A DNA stretch of 64,000 bases from Escherichia coli (GTDB lineage Bacteria > Pseudomonadota > Gammaproteobacteria > Enterobacterales > Enterobacteriaceae). This document shows positions 28,846 to 45,830 of this stretch, piece by piece; the stretch's first letter is position 1; each line of letters begins with the position of its first letter. Location: the NCBI RefSeq assembly GCF_051903065.1, contig NZ_CP178438.1. The stretch is one strand, 5' to 3'. The notes under the pieces were generated by a model. The model did not search any database. It was not told the DNA's origin and saw only the letters and a program-made list of their open reading frames with translations. Both the position numbers and the translations under genes were made by a program.

Positions 28846-29066
28846 CAGAAAATTATTTTAAATTTCCTCTTGTCAGGCCGGAATAACTCCCTATAATGCG
28901 CCACCACTGACACGGAACAACGGCAAACACGCCGCCGGGTCAGCGGGGTTCTCCTGAGAATTCCGGCAGAGAAAGCAAAAATAAATGCTTGACTCTGTAG
29001 CGGGAAAGCGTATTATGCACACCCCGCGCCGCTGAGAAAAAGCGAAGCGGCACTGCTCTTTAACAA
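28846..29066 (+). promoter_or_regulatory. rrn tandem promoters P1 and P2 with UP element and boxA antiterminator
   Basis: P1 -35 TTGTCA (28870-28875) and -10 TATAAT (28892-28897) with AT-rich UP element upstream and GC-rich discriminator; P2 -35 TTGACT (28989-28994) and -10 TATTAT (29011-29016); boxA-like TGCTCTTTAACAA at 29054-29066. Confidence 0.85.
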
Positions 29067-29197
29067 TTTATCAGACAATCTGTGTGGGCACTCGAAGATA
29101 CGGATTCTTAACGTCGCAAGACGAAAAATGAATACCAAGTCTCAAGAGTGAACACGTAATTCATTACGAAGTTTAATTCTTTGAGCATCAAACTTTT

Positions 29198-30739
<1,542 letters not shown>

Positions 30740-30807
30740 CCTTAAAGAAGCGTACTTTGCAGTGCTCACACAGATTGTCTGATGAAAATGAGCAGTAAAA
30801 CCTCTAC

Positions 30808-30884
<77 letters not shown>

Positions 30885-30926
30885 AATTTGCACGGCAAAT
30901 TTGAAGAGGTTTTAACTACATGTTAT

Positions 30927-31002
30927 GGGGCTATAGCTCAGCTGGGAGAGCGCCTGCTTTGCACGCAGGAGGTCTGCGGTTCGATCCCGCATAGCTCCAC
31001 CA
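30927..31002 (+). tRNA. alaT: tRNA-Ala (UGC)
   Basis: GGGGCTATAGCTCAGCTGGGAGAGCGCCTGCTTTGCACGCAGG...CTCCACCA in spacer. Confidence 0.97.
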
Positions 31003-31176
31003 TCTCTGTAGTGATTAAATAAAAAATACTTCAGAGTGTACCTGCAAAGGTTCACTGCGAAGTTTTGCTCTTTAAAAATCTGGATCAAGCTGAAAATTGA
31101 AACACTGAACAACGAGAGTTGTTCGTGAGTCTCTCAAATTTTCGCAACTCTGAAGTGAAACATCTTCGGGTTGTGA

Positions 31177-34079
<2,903 letters not shown>

Positions 34080-34172
34080 ACAACGCCGAAGCTGTTTTGG
34101 CGGATTGAGAGAAGATTTTCAGCCTGATACAGATTAAATCAGAACGCAGAAGCGGTCTGATAAAACAGAATT

Positions 34173-34292
34173 TGCCTGGCGGCCGTAGCGCGGTGGTCCC
34201 ACCTGACCCCATGCCGAACTCAGAAGTGAAACGCCGTAGCGCCGATGGTAGTGTGGGGTCTCCCCATGCGAGAGTAGGGAACTGCCAGGCAT
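34173..34292 (+). rRNA. rrfA: 5S ribosomal RNA
   Basis: TGCCTGGCGGCCGTAGCGCGGTGGTCCCACC...GGGAACTGCCAGGCAT, 120 nt. Confidence 0.98.
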
Positions 34293-34303
34293 CAAATAAA
34301 GCG

Positions 34304-34332
34304 AAAGGCCATCCTGACGGATGGCCTTTTTG
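34304..34332 (+). terminator. rrn operon intrinsic terminator
   Basis: aaaggccatcc-tgac-ggatggccttttt hairpin plus T-run directly after 5S. Confidence 0.85.
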
Positions 34333-34371
34333 CGTTGGTGAAAAAAATGCCGGATGCGACGCTGGTGAACA

Positions 34372-35120
<749 letters not shown>

Positions 35121-35224
35121 ATCAGCATACTTGTCCTTAGCCTTCTGCAGTGACAGCTGGTAGTACAGCGTGCTTCTGGCCAGCCCTGCAGCCTTTAACA
35201 GGTCAGACTGGCAGTGTCCGCACT

Positions 35225-35755
35225 TCAGGTTCTGGATGACTTTCGTTTTTTCTCCAGCTCCTGGCGCTTTTTTTCCAGGAGATGCTCCTGCATGGCTTTC
35301 AGATATGCATTTTCTGCGCGAAGATAACGCAGCTCATTCTTCATCTCTTCCGGCGTCATGTTTGCCTCGTTTTCATGGGTATCATCAGAACGGGTCATGC
35401 TTTTCTCCTTCCTGCGCCTGATAAAGGCCTCATTACCAGATTTGCGGTAGCCTTTTATCCAGTTTTTAACCATGTTGTGGCTGGGAATGTTAAACCGGGC
35501 AGCTACCCGGGGTAGAGACTCAGAATGCCCGAGAGCATAAAGAACCACGCAAAGTTTATCTTCAGGAGAATAGCTACGCTTGTGTCTGCAATCCAGTGCC
35601 TGAGGACCGTGAAGAAGAAAAAGATTAATCCAGTGTGAGAGGCTGGTGTGAGAAAGTTGAAAGAGTTTTGCCGTAGAAATGATGCCTGCATGACCGGCCA
35701 GGTAATGATTTACAGCGGCAAGTTTTACTTCAAATGAATGTTTCATAAACTGCAC
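35225..35755 (-). CDS. IS3-family transposase OrfA (HTH DNA-binding, leucine-zipper-like C-terminus)
   Basis: 176 aa ORF immediately upstream of orfB on same strand; C-terminal EKKRQELEKKRK region contains A-rich putative slippery sequence. Confidence 0.8.
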   Translation of the reverse strand: MQFMKHSFEVKLAAVNHYLAGHAGIISTAKLFQLSHTSLSHWINLFLLHGPQALDCRHKRSYSPEDKLCVVLYALGHSESLPRVAARFNIPSHNMVKNWIKGYRKSGNEAFIRRRKEKSMTRSDDTHENEANMTPEEMKNELRYLRAENAYLKAMQEHLLEKKRQELEKKRKSSRT

Positions 35756-35825
35756 CTTCAGATGTCAGATTATGTCCAACATTTGGGGTGCAGTTCATGG
35801 CGCGTCTTATCCAGCCTACTCTTGC

Positions 35826-36353
35826 TTATCCGTTCTGCTTTTGCATCCACTCCACCACAAAATCAGCCAGCCCCTCAACATCATTAATATCCAGTAATGC
35901 GACATCAAGATTAAGCGGCACATCACTGGCTACAGCAATAACATGCCTGTCTATCACTAATTCTTCCGGTCGATGTCCGGCTCTATCGCGAAACAGCACA
36001 ATCTTTGCGATCTCTTCATGCTTAAACCCTTCGACCAGAATCAAATCCAGCTTTGAGGTATCCATTCGACTTGCGAGAAAATGTAGATCCAGCTCTTCTT
36101 CGTCTGGTGTTTCCGTCATCAAGGCCCATCGTTGCTGGCTGGCAACGATGGTTTGTGCCGCGCCAGCCTTGCGCAGCTCATAGCTATCTTTGCCTGGCTT
36201 ATCAACATCCATATCATGGTGCGTATGCTTAATCAGCCCTGGACGGAGCCCTCTGGCGCATAATGCCGGGATCAGTTTTTTCAAAAGCGTAGTTTTTCCG
36301 GTACCACTCCACGCGGCAAAGGCGAGTAACGGTATCATCGTTTTTCCTGCCAT
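35826..36353 (-). CDS. mobB: molybdopterin-guanine dinucleotide biosynthesis adapter protein MobB
   Basis: 175 aa ORF with Walker A GTGKTT. Confidence 0.9.
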   Translation of the reverse strand: MAGKTMIPLLAFAAWSGTGKTTLLKKLIPALCARGLRPGLIKHTHHDMDVDKPGKDSYELRKAGAAQTIVASQQRWALMTETPDEEELDLHFLASRMDTSKLDLILVEGFKHEEIAKIVLFRDRAGHRPEELVIDRHVIAVASDVPLNLDVALLDINDVEGLADFVVEWMQKQNG

Positions 36354-36919
36354 CGGGCAAGCTCCTCTGGCGTATTCACGTTAACAAATGCATCTTTATG
36401 ATCGCTGAAATCAACCGCATGCCCGCCAGCCAGACGCATAAATGCCATTACCCGGCGTTCTCCTGCTTGCAGATATTCCAGTAATAAAGGCTCAATAGCG
36501 CGGTTTACCAGAGCAATAGTCGGGTGATCGCGTTCACCGTCATGGACCCACACGACAGGCGCATCTTTGCGCTGATGATTAAGCCGGGCGGCTAAATCAG
36601 GGGGAATGTAAGGCGTATCGCAAGGGCAAAACAAAAACCACTCACCAGCTTCCTGCTGCATTACTGAAAGCATTCCTGCCAGAGGGCCTGGGTAATCCGC
36701 CAGTGAATCTTCAATCACTTTCAGACCGCCTGCCTGATAGATTTCCTGATGACGATTAGCATTAACCACGACGTGAGAGAGCTGCGTCATAAGCGCGTCA
36801 GCGACATGTTGCCACAGCGGTTTGCCATTTAAGTCCAGCAATCCTTTATCTACGCCGCCCATTCGTCTGGCTTTACCGCCTGCCAGCACAACGCCTGTTA
36901 TCGTCGTCATCAGATTCAC
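36335..36919 (-). CDS. mobA: molybdenum cofactor guanylyltransferase MobA
   Basis: 194 aa ORF overlapping mobB start. Confidence 0.9.
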
Positions 36920-36988
36920 CGATATCGCCTCTTTTATTGTGGGATTGACCCTGCTAACGTGTCTGTCTCAAGAGTAAGGAGCATTACT

Positions 36989-37258
36989 ATGAAATGTAAA
37001 CGTCTGAATGAAGTTATTGAACTCCTCCAGCCAGCCTGGCAAAAAGAGCCAGATCTTAACCTGTTGCAATTTTTGCAGAAACTGGCGAAAGAGTCAGGTT
37101 TTGACGGCGAACTGGCGGATTTGACGGATGACATTCTGATCTATCACCTGAAAATGCGTGATTCCGCGAAAGATGCGGTGATCCCGGGTTTGCAGAAAGA
37201 TTATGAAGAAGACTTCAAAACGGCGCTGTTACGCGCTCGCGGCGTAATTAAAGAGTAA
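36989..37258 (+). CDS. yihD: DUF1040 protein YihD
   Basis: ORF track 36959..37258 trimmed to ATG at 36989 (89 aa). Confidence 0.8.
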
Positions 37259-37334
37259 AAGCTTGTAAGCGGCGCCACCAAAATCATCGTGAAATGATAT
37301 CCTTCATCATTCGTAATGTTTTCCGGATGATGGG

Positions 37335-38321
37335 ATGAACAACAGCGCTTTTACTTTCCAGACACTACACCCGGATACCATCATGGACGCTCTGTTTGAG
37401 CAAGGGATCCGGGTGGATTCCGGTCTTACCCCGCTTAACAGCTATGAAAACCGTGTCTATCAATTTCAGGACGAAGATCGTCGACGTTTTGTCGTCAAAT
37501 TTTATCGCCCTGAACGTTGGACAGCCGATCAAATCCTCGAAGAACATCAATTTGCGTTGCAGCTGGTAAATGATGAAGTTCCGGTCGCAGCACCTGTGGC
37601 CTTTAACGGTCAGACTTTATTGAATCATCAGGGATTTTATTTCGCTGTTTTTCCCAGCGTCGGTGGTCGCCAGTTCGAAGCTGATAATATCGATCAGATG
37701 GAAGCGGTTGGGCGTTATTTAGGGCGTATGCACCAGACGGGGCGCAAACAGCTTTTTATCCATCGCCCGACCATCGGTCTGAATGAATATCTCATTGAGC
37801 CACGCAAGCTGTTTGAGGACGCTACACTGATACCTTCCGGGTTGAAAGCGGCATTCCTGAAAGCGACAGATGAGCTGATCGCCGCCGTTACAGCACACTG
37901 GCGGGAAGATTTCACCGTTCTGCGGCTACATGGAGACTGCCACGCCGGGAATATTCTCTGGCGCGATGGTCCAATGTTTGTTGATCTGGATGATGCACGT
38001 AATGGTCCAGCTATTCAGGATTTGTGGATGTTGCTCAATGGCGATAAAGCCGAGCAGCGGATGCAACTGGAAACTATTATTGAAGCTTATGAAGAATTTA
38101 GCGAGTTCGACACCGCTGAAATCGGACTGATTGAACCTTTACGCGCCATGCGTTTGGTTTATTATCTTGCCTGGCTAATGCGGCGTTGGGCTGATCCCGC
38201 GTTCCCGAAAAATTTCCCGTGGTTAACCGGGGAAGATTACTGGCTACGACAGACGGCGACTTTTATAGAACAGGCAAAAGTTCTACAAGAACCCCCTTTG
38301 CAATTAACACCTATGTATTAA
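37335..38321 (+). CDS. srkA: stress response serine/threonine kinase SrkA (YihE/RdoA)
   Basis: 328 aa ORF, aminoglycoside-phosphotransferase-like kinase fold (HGDCHAGN, DLDD motifs). Confidence 0.88.
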   Translation: MNNSAFTFQTLHPDTIMDALFEQGIRVDSGLTPLNSYENRVYQFQDEDRRRFVVKFYRPERWTADQILEEHQFALQLVNDEVPVAAPVAFNGQTLLNHQGFYFAVFPSVGGRQFEADNIDQMEAVGRYLGRMHQTGRKQLFIHRPTIGLNEYLIEPRKLFEDATLIPSGLKAAFLKATDELIAAVTAHWREDFTVLRLHGDCHAGNILWRDGPMFVDLDDARNGPAIQDLWMLLNGDKAEQRMQLETIIEAYEEFSEFDTAEIGLIEPLRAMRLVYYLAWLMRRWADPAFPKNFPWLTGEDYWLRQTATFIEQAKVLQEPPLQLTPMY

Positions 38322-38337
38322 TCGGAGAGAGTAGATC

Positions 38338-38964
38338 ATGAAAAAGATTTGGCTGGCGCTGGCTGGTTTAGTTTTAGCGTTTAGCGCATCGGCGGCGCAG
38401 TATGAAGATGGTAAACAGTACACTACCCTGGAAAAACCGGTAGCTGGCGCGCCGCAAGTGCTGGAGTTTTTCTCTTTCTTCTGCCCGCACTGCTATCAGT
38501 TTGAAGAAGTTCTGCATATTTCTGATAATGTGAAGAAAAAACTGCCGGAAGGCGTGAAGATGACTAAATACCACGTCAACTTCATGGGTGGTGACCTGGG
38601 CAAAGATCTGACTCAGGCATGGGCTGTGGCGATGGCGCTGGGCGTGGAAGACAAAGTGACTGTTCCGCTGTTTGAAGGCGTACAGAAAACCCAGACCATT
38701 CGTTCTGCTTCTGATATCCGCGATGTATTTATCAACGCAGGTATTAAAGGTGAAGAGTACGACGCGGCGTGGAACAGCTTCGTGGTGAAATCTCTGGTCG
38801 CTCAGCAGGAAAAAGCTGCAGCTGACGTGCAATTGCGTGGTGTTCCGGCGATGTTTGTTAACGGTAAATATCAGCTGAATCCGCAGGGTATGGATACCAG
38901 CAATATGGATGTTTTTGTTCAGCAGTATGCTGATACTGTGAAATATCTGTCCGAGAAAAAATAA
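38338..38964 (+). CDS. dsbA: periplasmic thiol:disulfide oxidoreductase DsbA
   Basis: 208 aa ORF with signal peptide and CPHC active site. Confidence 0.95.
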
Positions 38965-38981
38965 TTCAATGTAAATTACAT

Positions 38982-39011
38982 AAAGCCCGTGAATATTCAC
39001 GGGCTTTTTTT
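38982..39011 (+). terminator. intrinsic terminator after dsbA
   Basis: aaagcccgtgaat-attcacgggcttttttt perfect hairpin with T-run. Confidence 0.85.
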
Positions 39012-39118
39012 ATTATTTTATAAATATAAATACATTCTGATAATGCATCCTGCCGCTGGACATTATTTCAGCATAAGTGGATATTCAAAGTTTTGCTGTT
39101 TTATCAGGGAATATTTAT

Positions 39119-39379
39119 ATGATACGTAAGTCAGCTACAGGTGTTATTGTTGCGTTAGCCGTAATCTGGGGTGGTGGCACATGGTACACAGGTACGCAAA
39201 TTCAGCCTGGTGTCGAAAAATTTATTAAAGATTTTAACGATGCTAAAAAGAAAGGTGAACATGCCTACGATATGACGTTAAGTTATAAAAACTTTGACAA
39301 AGGCTTTTTTAATTCCCATTTTCAAATGCAAATTTCATTTGATAACGGTGCACCCGATCTCAATATCAAGCCAGGCCAG
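39119..39379 (+). pseudogene. yihF: yihF 5' fragment (DUF945 protein), interrupted by IS1 after codon 87
   Basis: MIRKSATGVIVALAV... reading frame runs into IS1 end at 39380; continues in same frame after IS1. Confidence 0.85.
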
Positions 39380-39394
39380 GGTAATGACTCCAAC

Positions 39395-39898
39395 TTATTG
39401 ATAGTGTTTTATGTTCAGATAATGCCCGATGACTTTGTCATGCAGCTCCACCGATTTTGAGAACGACAGCGACTTCCGTCCCAGCCGTGCCAGGTGCTGC
39501 CTCAGATTCAGGTTATGCCGCTCAATTCGCTGCGTATATCGCTTGCTGATTACGTGCAGCTTTCCCTTCAGGCGGGATTCATACAGCGGCCAGCCATCCG
39601 TCATCCATATCACCACGTCAAAGGGTGACAGCAGGCTCATAAGACGCCCCAGCGTCGCCATAGTGCGTTCACCGAATACGTGCGCAACAACCGTCTTCCG
39701 GAGCCTGTCATACGCGTAAAACAGCCAGCGCTGGCGCGATTTAGCCCCGACATAGCCCCACTGTTCGTCCATTTCCGCGCAGACGATGACGTCACTGCCC
39801 GGCTGTATGCGCGAGGTTACCGACTGCGGCCTGAGTTTTTTAAGTGACGTAAAATCGTGTTGAGGCCAACGCCCATAATGCGGGCTGTTGCCCGGCAT
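39395..39898 (-). CDS. insB: IS1 InsB (expressed as InsAB' by frameshift)
   Basis: 167 aa ORF matching IS1 InsB. Confidence 0.95.
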
Positions 39899-40092
39899 CC
39901 AACGCCATTCATGGCCATATCAATGATTTTCTGGTGCGTACCGGGTTGAGAAGCGGTGTAAGTGAACTGCAGTTGCCATGTTTTACGGCAGTGAGAGCAG
40001 AGATAGCGCTGATGTCCGGCGGTGCTTTTGCCGTTACGCACCACCCCGTCAGTAGCTGAACAGGAGGGACAGCTGATAGAAACAGAAGCCAC
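39817..40092 (-). CDS. insA: IS1 InsA
   Basis: 91 aa ORF, zinc-finger CPSCSA...CSHC, matches IS1 InsA. Confidence 0.95.
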
Positions 40093-40147
40093 TGGAGCAC
40101 CTCAAAAACACCATCATACACTAAATCAGTAAGTTGGCAGCATCACC

Positions 40148-41326
40148 CCAGGCCAGAAAGTTGTATTTGATGTGGATGTTGAGCACGGTCCGTTGCCCAT
40201 CACAATGTTAATGCATGGTAATGTCATCCCAGCACTGGCAGCGGCAAAAGTGAACTTAGTGAATAATGAACTGACACAACCGCTATTTATCGCCGCGAAA
40301 AATAAATCGCCCGTGGAAGCGACATTGCGATTCGCGTTTGGTGGCTCATTCTCTACGACATTAGATGTTGCCCCTGCAGAGTATGGAAAGTTTTCTTTTG
40401 GTGAGGGCCAGTTTACTTTTAATGGTGATGGTAGTTCATTGTCTAACCTGGATATTGAAGTCAAAGTCGAAGATATTGTTCTGCAATTATCACCAATGAA
40501 CAAAGTAACGGCAAAAAGTTTTACCATTGATTCTCTGACACGATTAGAAGAAAAGAAATTTCCGGTTGGTGAAAGCGAGTCGAAATTTAATCAGGTTAAT
40601 ATTATCAATCAGGGGGAAGACGTTGCCCAAATCGATGCTTTCGTTGCAAAAACCAGGCTGGATCGCGTTAAAGACAAAGATTATATCAATGTCAATCTGA
40701 CCTACGAACTTGATAAGTTAACAAAAGGGAATCAGCAACTCGGTAGTGGTGAGTGGTCATTGATTGCTGAATCTATTGATCCCTCAGCAGTGCGCCAATT
40801 TATCATCCAGTATAACATTGCGATGCAGAAGCAGCTTGCTGCACACCCTGAGTTAGCAAACGATGAAGTTGCTCTGCAAGAAGTGAATGCTGCATTGTTC
40901 AAAGAGTATTTACCGTTATTACAACAAAGTGAGCCGACCATTAAACAACCGGTAAGATGGAAGAACGCACTCGGCGAACTAAATGCCAATCTGGATATCA
41001 GTATTGCCGACCCAGCCAAATCTTCATCATCCACAAACAAAGATATTAAATCGCTCAATTTTGATGTGAAGATACCGCTTAATGTCGCCACAGAAATCGC
41101 AAAACAGCTTAATTTATCTGAAGGAATGGATGCGGAAAAAGCGCAAAAGCAGGCTGATAAACAAATCAGCGGGATGATGACATTAGGTCAGATGTTTCAG
41201 TTAATCACGATTGACAACAATACCGCCTCGCTGCAACTGCGTTATACACCGGGTAAAGTTGTTTTTAACGGACAGGAGATGAGCGAAGAAGAATTTATGT
41301 CTCGTGCCGGACGTTTTGTTCATTAA
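40148..41326 (+). pseudogene. yihF: yihF 3' fragment (DUF945), continues frame of 5' fragment across IS1 and its 9-bp duplication
   Basis: PGQKVVFDVDVEHGPLP... same frame as 39119..39379; ORF track 40172..41326. Confidence 0.85.
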
Positions 41327-41366
41327 AATACTCACTCGCCTCTGCTCATTCAGAGGCGAGCAAAAT

Positions 41367-42299
41367 TTACTTGTCCTGCCGCTGTGATGACATCAACGAC
41401 GTCAGAAGCCGGTCTTTTTCCTGCCACAGTGAGTTCAGCCATTGCTGAAAATGGCGCTTAAAGCTTTTGTCATTGATGTAGTCGCCATGTAACTCATCGG
41501 CAACAGGCTGCAAATCCACATGTACGACAATCCGCGTCAGTTTACCGCTTAACATATCGAAGAACGGCTGACGGTTATTGTCCGGATAACACAGCGTAAC
41601 ATTAAGCAGTTTATCGAATTGTTTACCCAGTACATTTAGCGCCATCGCAATGCCTGCCGCCTTTGGTGGCAACAAGTTTTGAAAAGTGGAGTGGGTTTGC
41701 TGATGTTTTTCTTGCGTGAAACGGGAGCCTTCAACGAAATTGACAATGGTGGTGGGATGCAGGCGAAACTTTTCACAAGAACGCCGAGTGGTTTCAACAT
41801 CTTTACCACGTCGCTCCGGATGACGTAATAAATAAGCGCGGGAATAACGCTTCATAAACGGCATATCCAGCGCCCAGCACGCCAGGCCAAGAAATGGCAC
41901 CCAGGCCAGCTGTTGCTTGAGGAAATATTTATTCATCGGAATGTGCTTACGAAACAGCACGCACAGTACGACAATATCTGCCCAACTACGGTGGTTACAA
42001 ATAAGCAGATACCAGTTCTTCTTACTTAACCCTTCCAGCCCGTGAACTTCCCATTGCAGGTGTGGGTTCAGATGCAGTAATACCGCCAGACCTTCACACC
42101 AGCAATACATCATAAAATCACAAAAACGCGAAACCTTTCGCCAAATGACTGGCACAGGTAGCAATAGTTTTACAATCCCGGCAATGATGATCGGGACGGA
42201 ACAAAAAATAGTGACCAAAATGGTCAATACGATACTCAGCAAAAGGGTTATCGCAGCGAGTATTCTCGTCATAATGAATTTATTCAAAAGGTTAGCCAT
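41367..42299 (-). CDS. yihG: acyltransferase (PlsC/lysophospholipid acyltransferase family) YihG
   Basis: ORF track 41367..42323 trimmed to ATG at 42299 (310 aa); NHRSWADIV acyltransferase motif. Confidence 0.85.
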   Translation of the reverse strand: MANLLNKFIMTRILAAITLLLSIVLTILVTIFCSVPIIIAGIVKLLLPVPVIWRKVSRFCDFMMYCWCEGLAVLLHLNPHLQWEVHGLEGLSKKNWYLLICNHRSWADIVVLCVLFRKHIPMNKYFLKQQLAWVPFLGLACWALDMPFMKRYSRAYLLRHPERRGKDVETTRRSCEKFRLHPTTIVNFVEGSRFTQEKHQQTHSTFQNLLPPKAAGIAMALNVLGKQFDKLLNVTLCYPDNNRQPFFDMLSGKLTRIVVHVDLQPVADELHGDYINDKSFKRHFQQWLNSLWQEKDRLLTSLMSSQRQDK

Positions 42300-42662
42300 A
42301 GACAGTGCGCTAAAGAAGCGCAAGGCGCAGATTTTAGCAGAAAACGACCCAAATAACGGATGATCCTTAAGGAGAAAAATAATTCATATCTATCCACATT
42401 AGAAAAAATCCCATTATCTCAATTATTAGGGATGGCTTTATTTTTAACTGCATGAAAAACAAAGACAAACATCATGCTGTAAAAAGCATGATAATAAATT
42501 AAAAGCGATGTAAATAATTTATGCACAAAGTTATCCACATGACGATTTGCGAGCGATCCAGAAGATCTACAAAAGATTTTCACGAAAAGCGGTGAAAAAC
42601 TCATGTTTTTATCCTGTCTGTGGCATCCTTTACCCATAATCTGATAAACAGGCACGGACATT

Positions 42663-45449
42663 ATGGTTCAGATCCCCCAAAATCCACTTATCCTTGTAGA
42701 TGGTTCATCTTATCTTTATCGCGCATATCACGCGTTTCCTCCGCTGACTAACAGCGCAGGCGAGCCGACCGGTGCGATGTATGGTGTCCTCAACATGCTG
42801 CGCAGTCTGATCATGCAATATAAACCGACGCATGCAGCGGTGGTCTTTGACGCCAAGGGAAAAACCTTTCGTGATGAACTGTTTGAACATTACAAATCAC
42901 ATCGCCCGCCAATGCCGGACGATCTGCGTGCACAAATCGAACCCTTGCACGCGATGGTTAAAGCGATGGGACTGCCGCTGCTGGCGGTTTCTGGCGTAGA
43001 AGCGGACGACGTTATCGGTACTCTGGCGCGCGAAGCCGAAAAAGCCGGGCGTCCGGTGCTGATCAGCACTGGCGATAAAGATATGGCGCAGCTGGTGACG
43101 CCAAATATTACGCTTATCAATACCATGACGAATACCATCCTCGGACCGGAAGAGGTGATGAATAAGTACGGCGTGCCGCCAGAACTGATCATCGATTTCC
43201 TGGCGCTGATGGGTGACTCCTCTGATAACATTCCTGGCGTACCGGGCGTCGGTGAAAAAACCGCGCAGGCATTGCTGCAAGGTCTTGGCGGGCTGGATAC
43301 GCTGTATGCCGAGCCAGAAAAAATTGCTGGGTTGAGCTTCCGTGGCGCGAAAACAATGGCAGCGAAGCTCGAGCAAAACAAAGAAGTTGCTTATCTCTCA
43401 TACCAGCTGGCGACGATTAAAACCGACGTTGAACTGGAGCTGACCTGTGAACAACTGGAAGTGCAGCAACCGGCAGCGGAAGAGTTGTTGGGGCTGTTCA
43501 AAAAGTATGAGTTCAAACGCTGGACTGCTGATGTCGAAGCGGGCAAATGGTTACAGGCCAAAGGGGCAAAACCCGCCGCGAAGCCACAGGAAACCAGTGT
43601 TGCAGACGAAGCTCCAGAAGTGACGGCAACGGTGATTTCTTATGACAACTACGTCACCATCCTTGATGAAGAAACACTGAAAGCGTGGATTGCGAAGCTG
43701 GAAAAAGCGCCGGTATTTGCATTTGATACCGAAACCGACAGCCTTGATAACATCTCTGCTAACCTGGTCGGGCTTTCTTTTGCTATCGAGCCAGGCGTAG
43801 CGGCATATATTCCGGTTGCTCATGATTATCTTGATGCGCCCGATCAAATCTCTCGCGAGCGTGCACTCGAGTTGCTAAAACCGCTGCTGGAAGATGAAAA
43901 GGCGCTGAAGGTCGGGCAAAACCTGAAATACGATCGCGGTATTCTGGCGAATTACGGCATTGAGCTGCGTGGGATTGCGTTTGATACCATGCTGGAGTCC
44001 TACATTCTCAATAGCGTTGCCGGGCGTCACGATATGGACAGCCTCGCGGAACGTTGGTTGAAGCACAAAACCATCACTTTTGAAGAGATTGCGGGTAAAG
44101 GCAAAAATCAACTGACCTTTAACCAGATTGCCCTCGAAGAGGCCGGACGTTACGCCGCCGAAGATGCGGATGTCACCTTGCAGTTGCATCTGAAAATGTG
44201 GCCAGATCTGCAAAAACACAAAGGGCCGTTGAACGTCTTCGAGAATATCGAAATGCCGCTGGTGCCGGTGCTTTCACGCATTGAACGTAACGGTGTGAAG
44301 ATCGATCCGAAAGTGCTGCACAATCATTCTGAAGAGCTTACCTTGCGTCTGGCTGAGCTGGAAAAGAAAGCGCATGAAATTGCAGGTGAGGAATTTAACC
44401 TTTCTTCCACCAAGCAGTTACAAACCATTCTGTTTGAAAAACAGGGCATTAAACCACTGAAGAAAACGCCGGGTGGCGCGCCGTCAACGTCGGAAGAGGT
44501 ACTGGAAGAACTGGCGCTGGACTATCCGTTGCCAAAAGTGATTCTGGAGTATCGTGGTCTGGCGAAGCTGAAGTCGACTTACACCGACAAGCTGCCGCTG
44601 ATGATCAACCCGAAAACCGGGCGTGTGCATACCTCTTATCACCAGGCAGTAACTGCAACGGGACGTTTATCGTCAACCGATCCTAACCTGCAAAACATTC
44701 CGGTGCGTAACGAAGAAGGTCGTCGTATCCGCCAGGCGTTTATTGCGCCAGAGGATTATGTGATTGTCTCAGCGGACTACTCGCAGATTGAACTGCGCAT
44801 TATGGCGCATCTCTCGCGTGACAAAGGCTTGCTGACCGCATTCGCGGAAGGAAAAGATATCCACCGGGCAACGGCGGCAGAAGTGTTTGGTTTGCCACTG
44901 GAAACCGTCACCAGCGAGCAACGCCGTAGCGCGAAAGCGATCAACTTTGGTCTGATTTATGGCATGAGTGCTTTCGGTCTGGCGCGGCAATTGAACATTC
45001 CACGTAAAGAAGCGCAGAAGTACATGGACCTTTACTTCGAACGCTACCCTGGCGTGCTGGAGTATATGGAACGCACCCGTGCTCAGGCGAAAGAGCAGGG
45101 CTACGTTGAAACGCTGGACGGACGCCGTCTGTATCTGCCGGATATCAAATCCAGCAATGGTGCTCGTCGTGCAGCGGCTGAACGTGCAGCCATTAACGCG
45201 CCAATGCAGGGAACCGCCGCCGACATTATCAAACGGGCGATGATTGCCGTTGATGCGTGGTTACAGGCTGAGCAACCGCGTGTACGTATGATCATGCAGG
45301 TACACGATGAACTGGTATTTGAAGTCCATAAAGATGATGTCGATGCCGTCGCGAAGCAGATTCATCAACTGATGGAAAACTGTACCCGTCTGGATGTGCC
45401 GTTGCTGGTGGAAGTGGGGAGTGGCGAAAACTGGGATCAGGCGCACTAA
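42663..45449 (+). CDS. polA: DNA polymerase I
   Basis: 928 aa ORF, 5'-3' exonuclease, 3'-5' exonuclease and polymerase domains recognisable. Confidence 0.97.
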   Translation: MVQIPQNPLILVDGSSYLYRAYHAFPPLTNSAGEPTGAMYGVLNMLRSLIMQYKPTHAAVVFDAKGKTFRDELFEHYKSHRPPMPDDLRAQIEPLHAMVKAMGLPLLAVSGVEADDVIGTLAREAEKAGRPVLISTGDKDMAQLVTPNITLINTMTNTILGPEEVMNKYGVPPELIIDFLALMGDSSDNIPGVPGVGEKTAQALLQGLGGLDTLYAEPEKIAGLSFRGAKTMAAKLEQNKEVAYLSYQLATIKTDVELELTCEQLEVQQPAAEELLGLFKKYEFKRWTADVEAGKWLQAKGAKPAAKPQETSVADEAPEVTATVISYDNYVTILDEETLKAWIAKLEKAPVFAFDTETDSLDNISANLVGLSFAIEPGVAAYIPVAHDYLDAPDQISRERALELLKPLLEDEKALKVGQNLKYDRGILANYGIELRGIAFDTMLESYILNSVAGRHDMDSLAERWLKHKTITFEEIAGKGKNQLTFNQIALEEAGRYAAEDADVTLQLHLKMWPDLQKHKGPLNVFENIEMPLVPVLSRIERNGVKIDPKVLHNHSEELTLRLAELEKKAHEIAGEEFNLSSTKQLQTILFEKQGIKPLKKTPGGAPSTSEEVLEELALDYPLPKVILEYRGLAKLKSTYTDKLPLMINPKTGRVHTSYHQAVTATGRLSSTDPNLQNIPVRNEEGRRIRQAFIAPEDYVIVSADYSQIELRIMAHLSRDKGLLTAFAEGKDIHRATAAEVFGLPLETVTSEQRRSAKAINFGLIYGMSAFGLARQLNIPRKEAQKYMDLYFERYPGVLEYMERTRAQAKEQGYVETLDGRRLYLPDIKSSNGARRAAAERAAINAPMQGTAADIIKRAMIAVDAWLQAEQPRVRMIMQVHDELVFEVHKDDVDAVAKQIHQLMENCTRLDVPLLVEVGSGENWDQAH

Positions 45450-45596
45450 GATTCGCCTGAACATGCCCTTTTTTCGTAAGTAAGCAACATAAGCTGTCAC
45501 GTTTTGTGATGGCTATTAGAAATTCCTATGCAACAACTGAAAAAAAATTACAAAAAGTGCTTTCTGAACTGAACAAAAAAGAGTAAAGTTAGTCGC

Positions 45597-45706
45597 GTAG
45601 GGTACAGAGGTAAGATGTTCTATCTTTCAGACCTTTTACTTCACGTAATCGGATTTGGCTGAATATTTTAGCCGCCCCAGTCAGTAATGACTGGGGCGTT
45701 TTTTAT
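45597..45706 (+). ncRNA. spf: Spot 42 small RNA
   Basis: GTAGGGTACAGAGGTAAGATGTTCTATCTTTCAGACC...GCCGCCCCAGTCAGTAATGACTGGGGCGTTTTTTA matches Spot 42 including terminator. Confidence 0.9.
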
Positions 45707-45728
45707 TGGGCGAAAGAAAAAATCCGCA

Positions 45729-45812
45729 ATGCCTGATGCGCCATGTTTATCAGGCCAACGGTAGAATTGTAATCTATTGAATTTACGGGCCGGATACGCC
45801 ACATCCGGCACA
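45729..45812. repeat. REP palindromic units downstream of spf
   Basis: gcctgatgcgccatgtttatcaggcc and gccggatacgccacatccggca REP-type palindromes. Confidence 0.75.
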
Positions 45813-45830
45813 AGCATTAAGGCAAGAAAA

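Larger units (their letters stand above)
39380..40147 (-). mobile_element. IS1 (768 bp), copy 1, simple insertion in yihF
   Basis: Terminal sequences GGTAATGACTCCAACTTATTGATAGTG and ...AAGTTGGCAGCATCACC match IS1 inverted repeats; 9-bp direct repeat CCAGGCCAG at 39371-39379 and 40148-40156. Confidence 0.95.

Noticed and set aside
42419-42661. 80 aa minus-strand ORF in the yihG-polA intergenic region
   Set aside because: AT-rich promoter region for divergent genes; the predicted peptide is low-complexity and there is no convincing ribosome-binding site or known homolog that I recognise.
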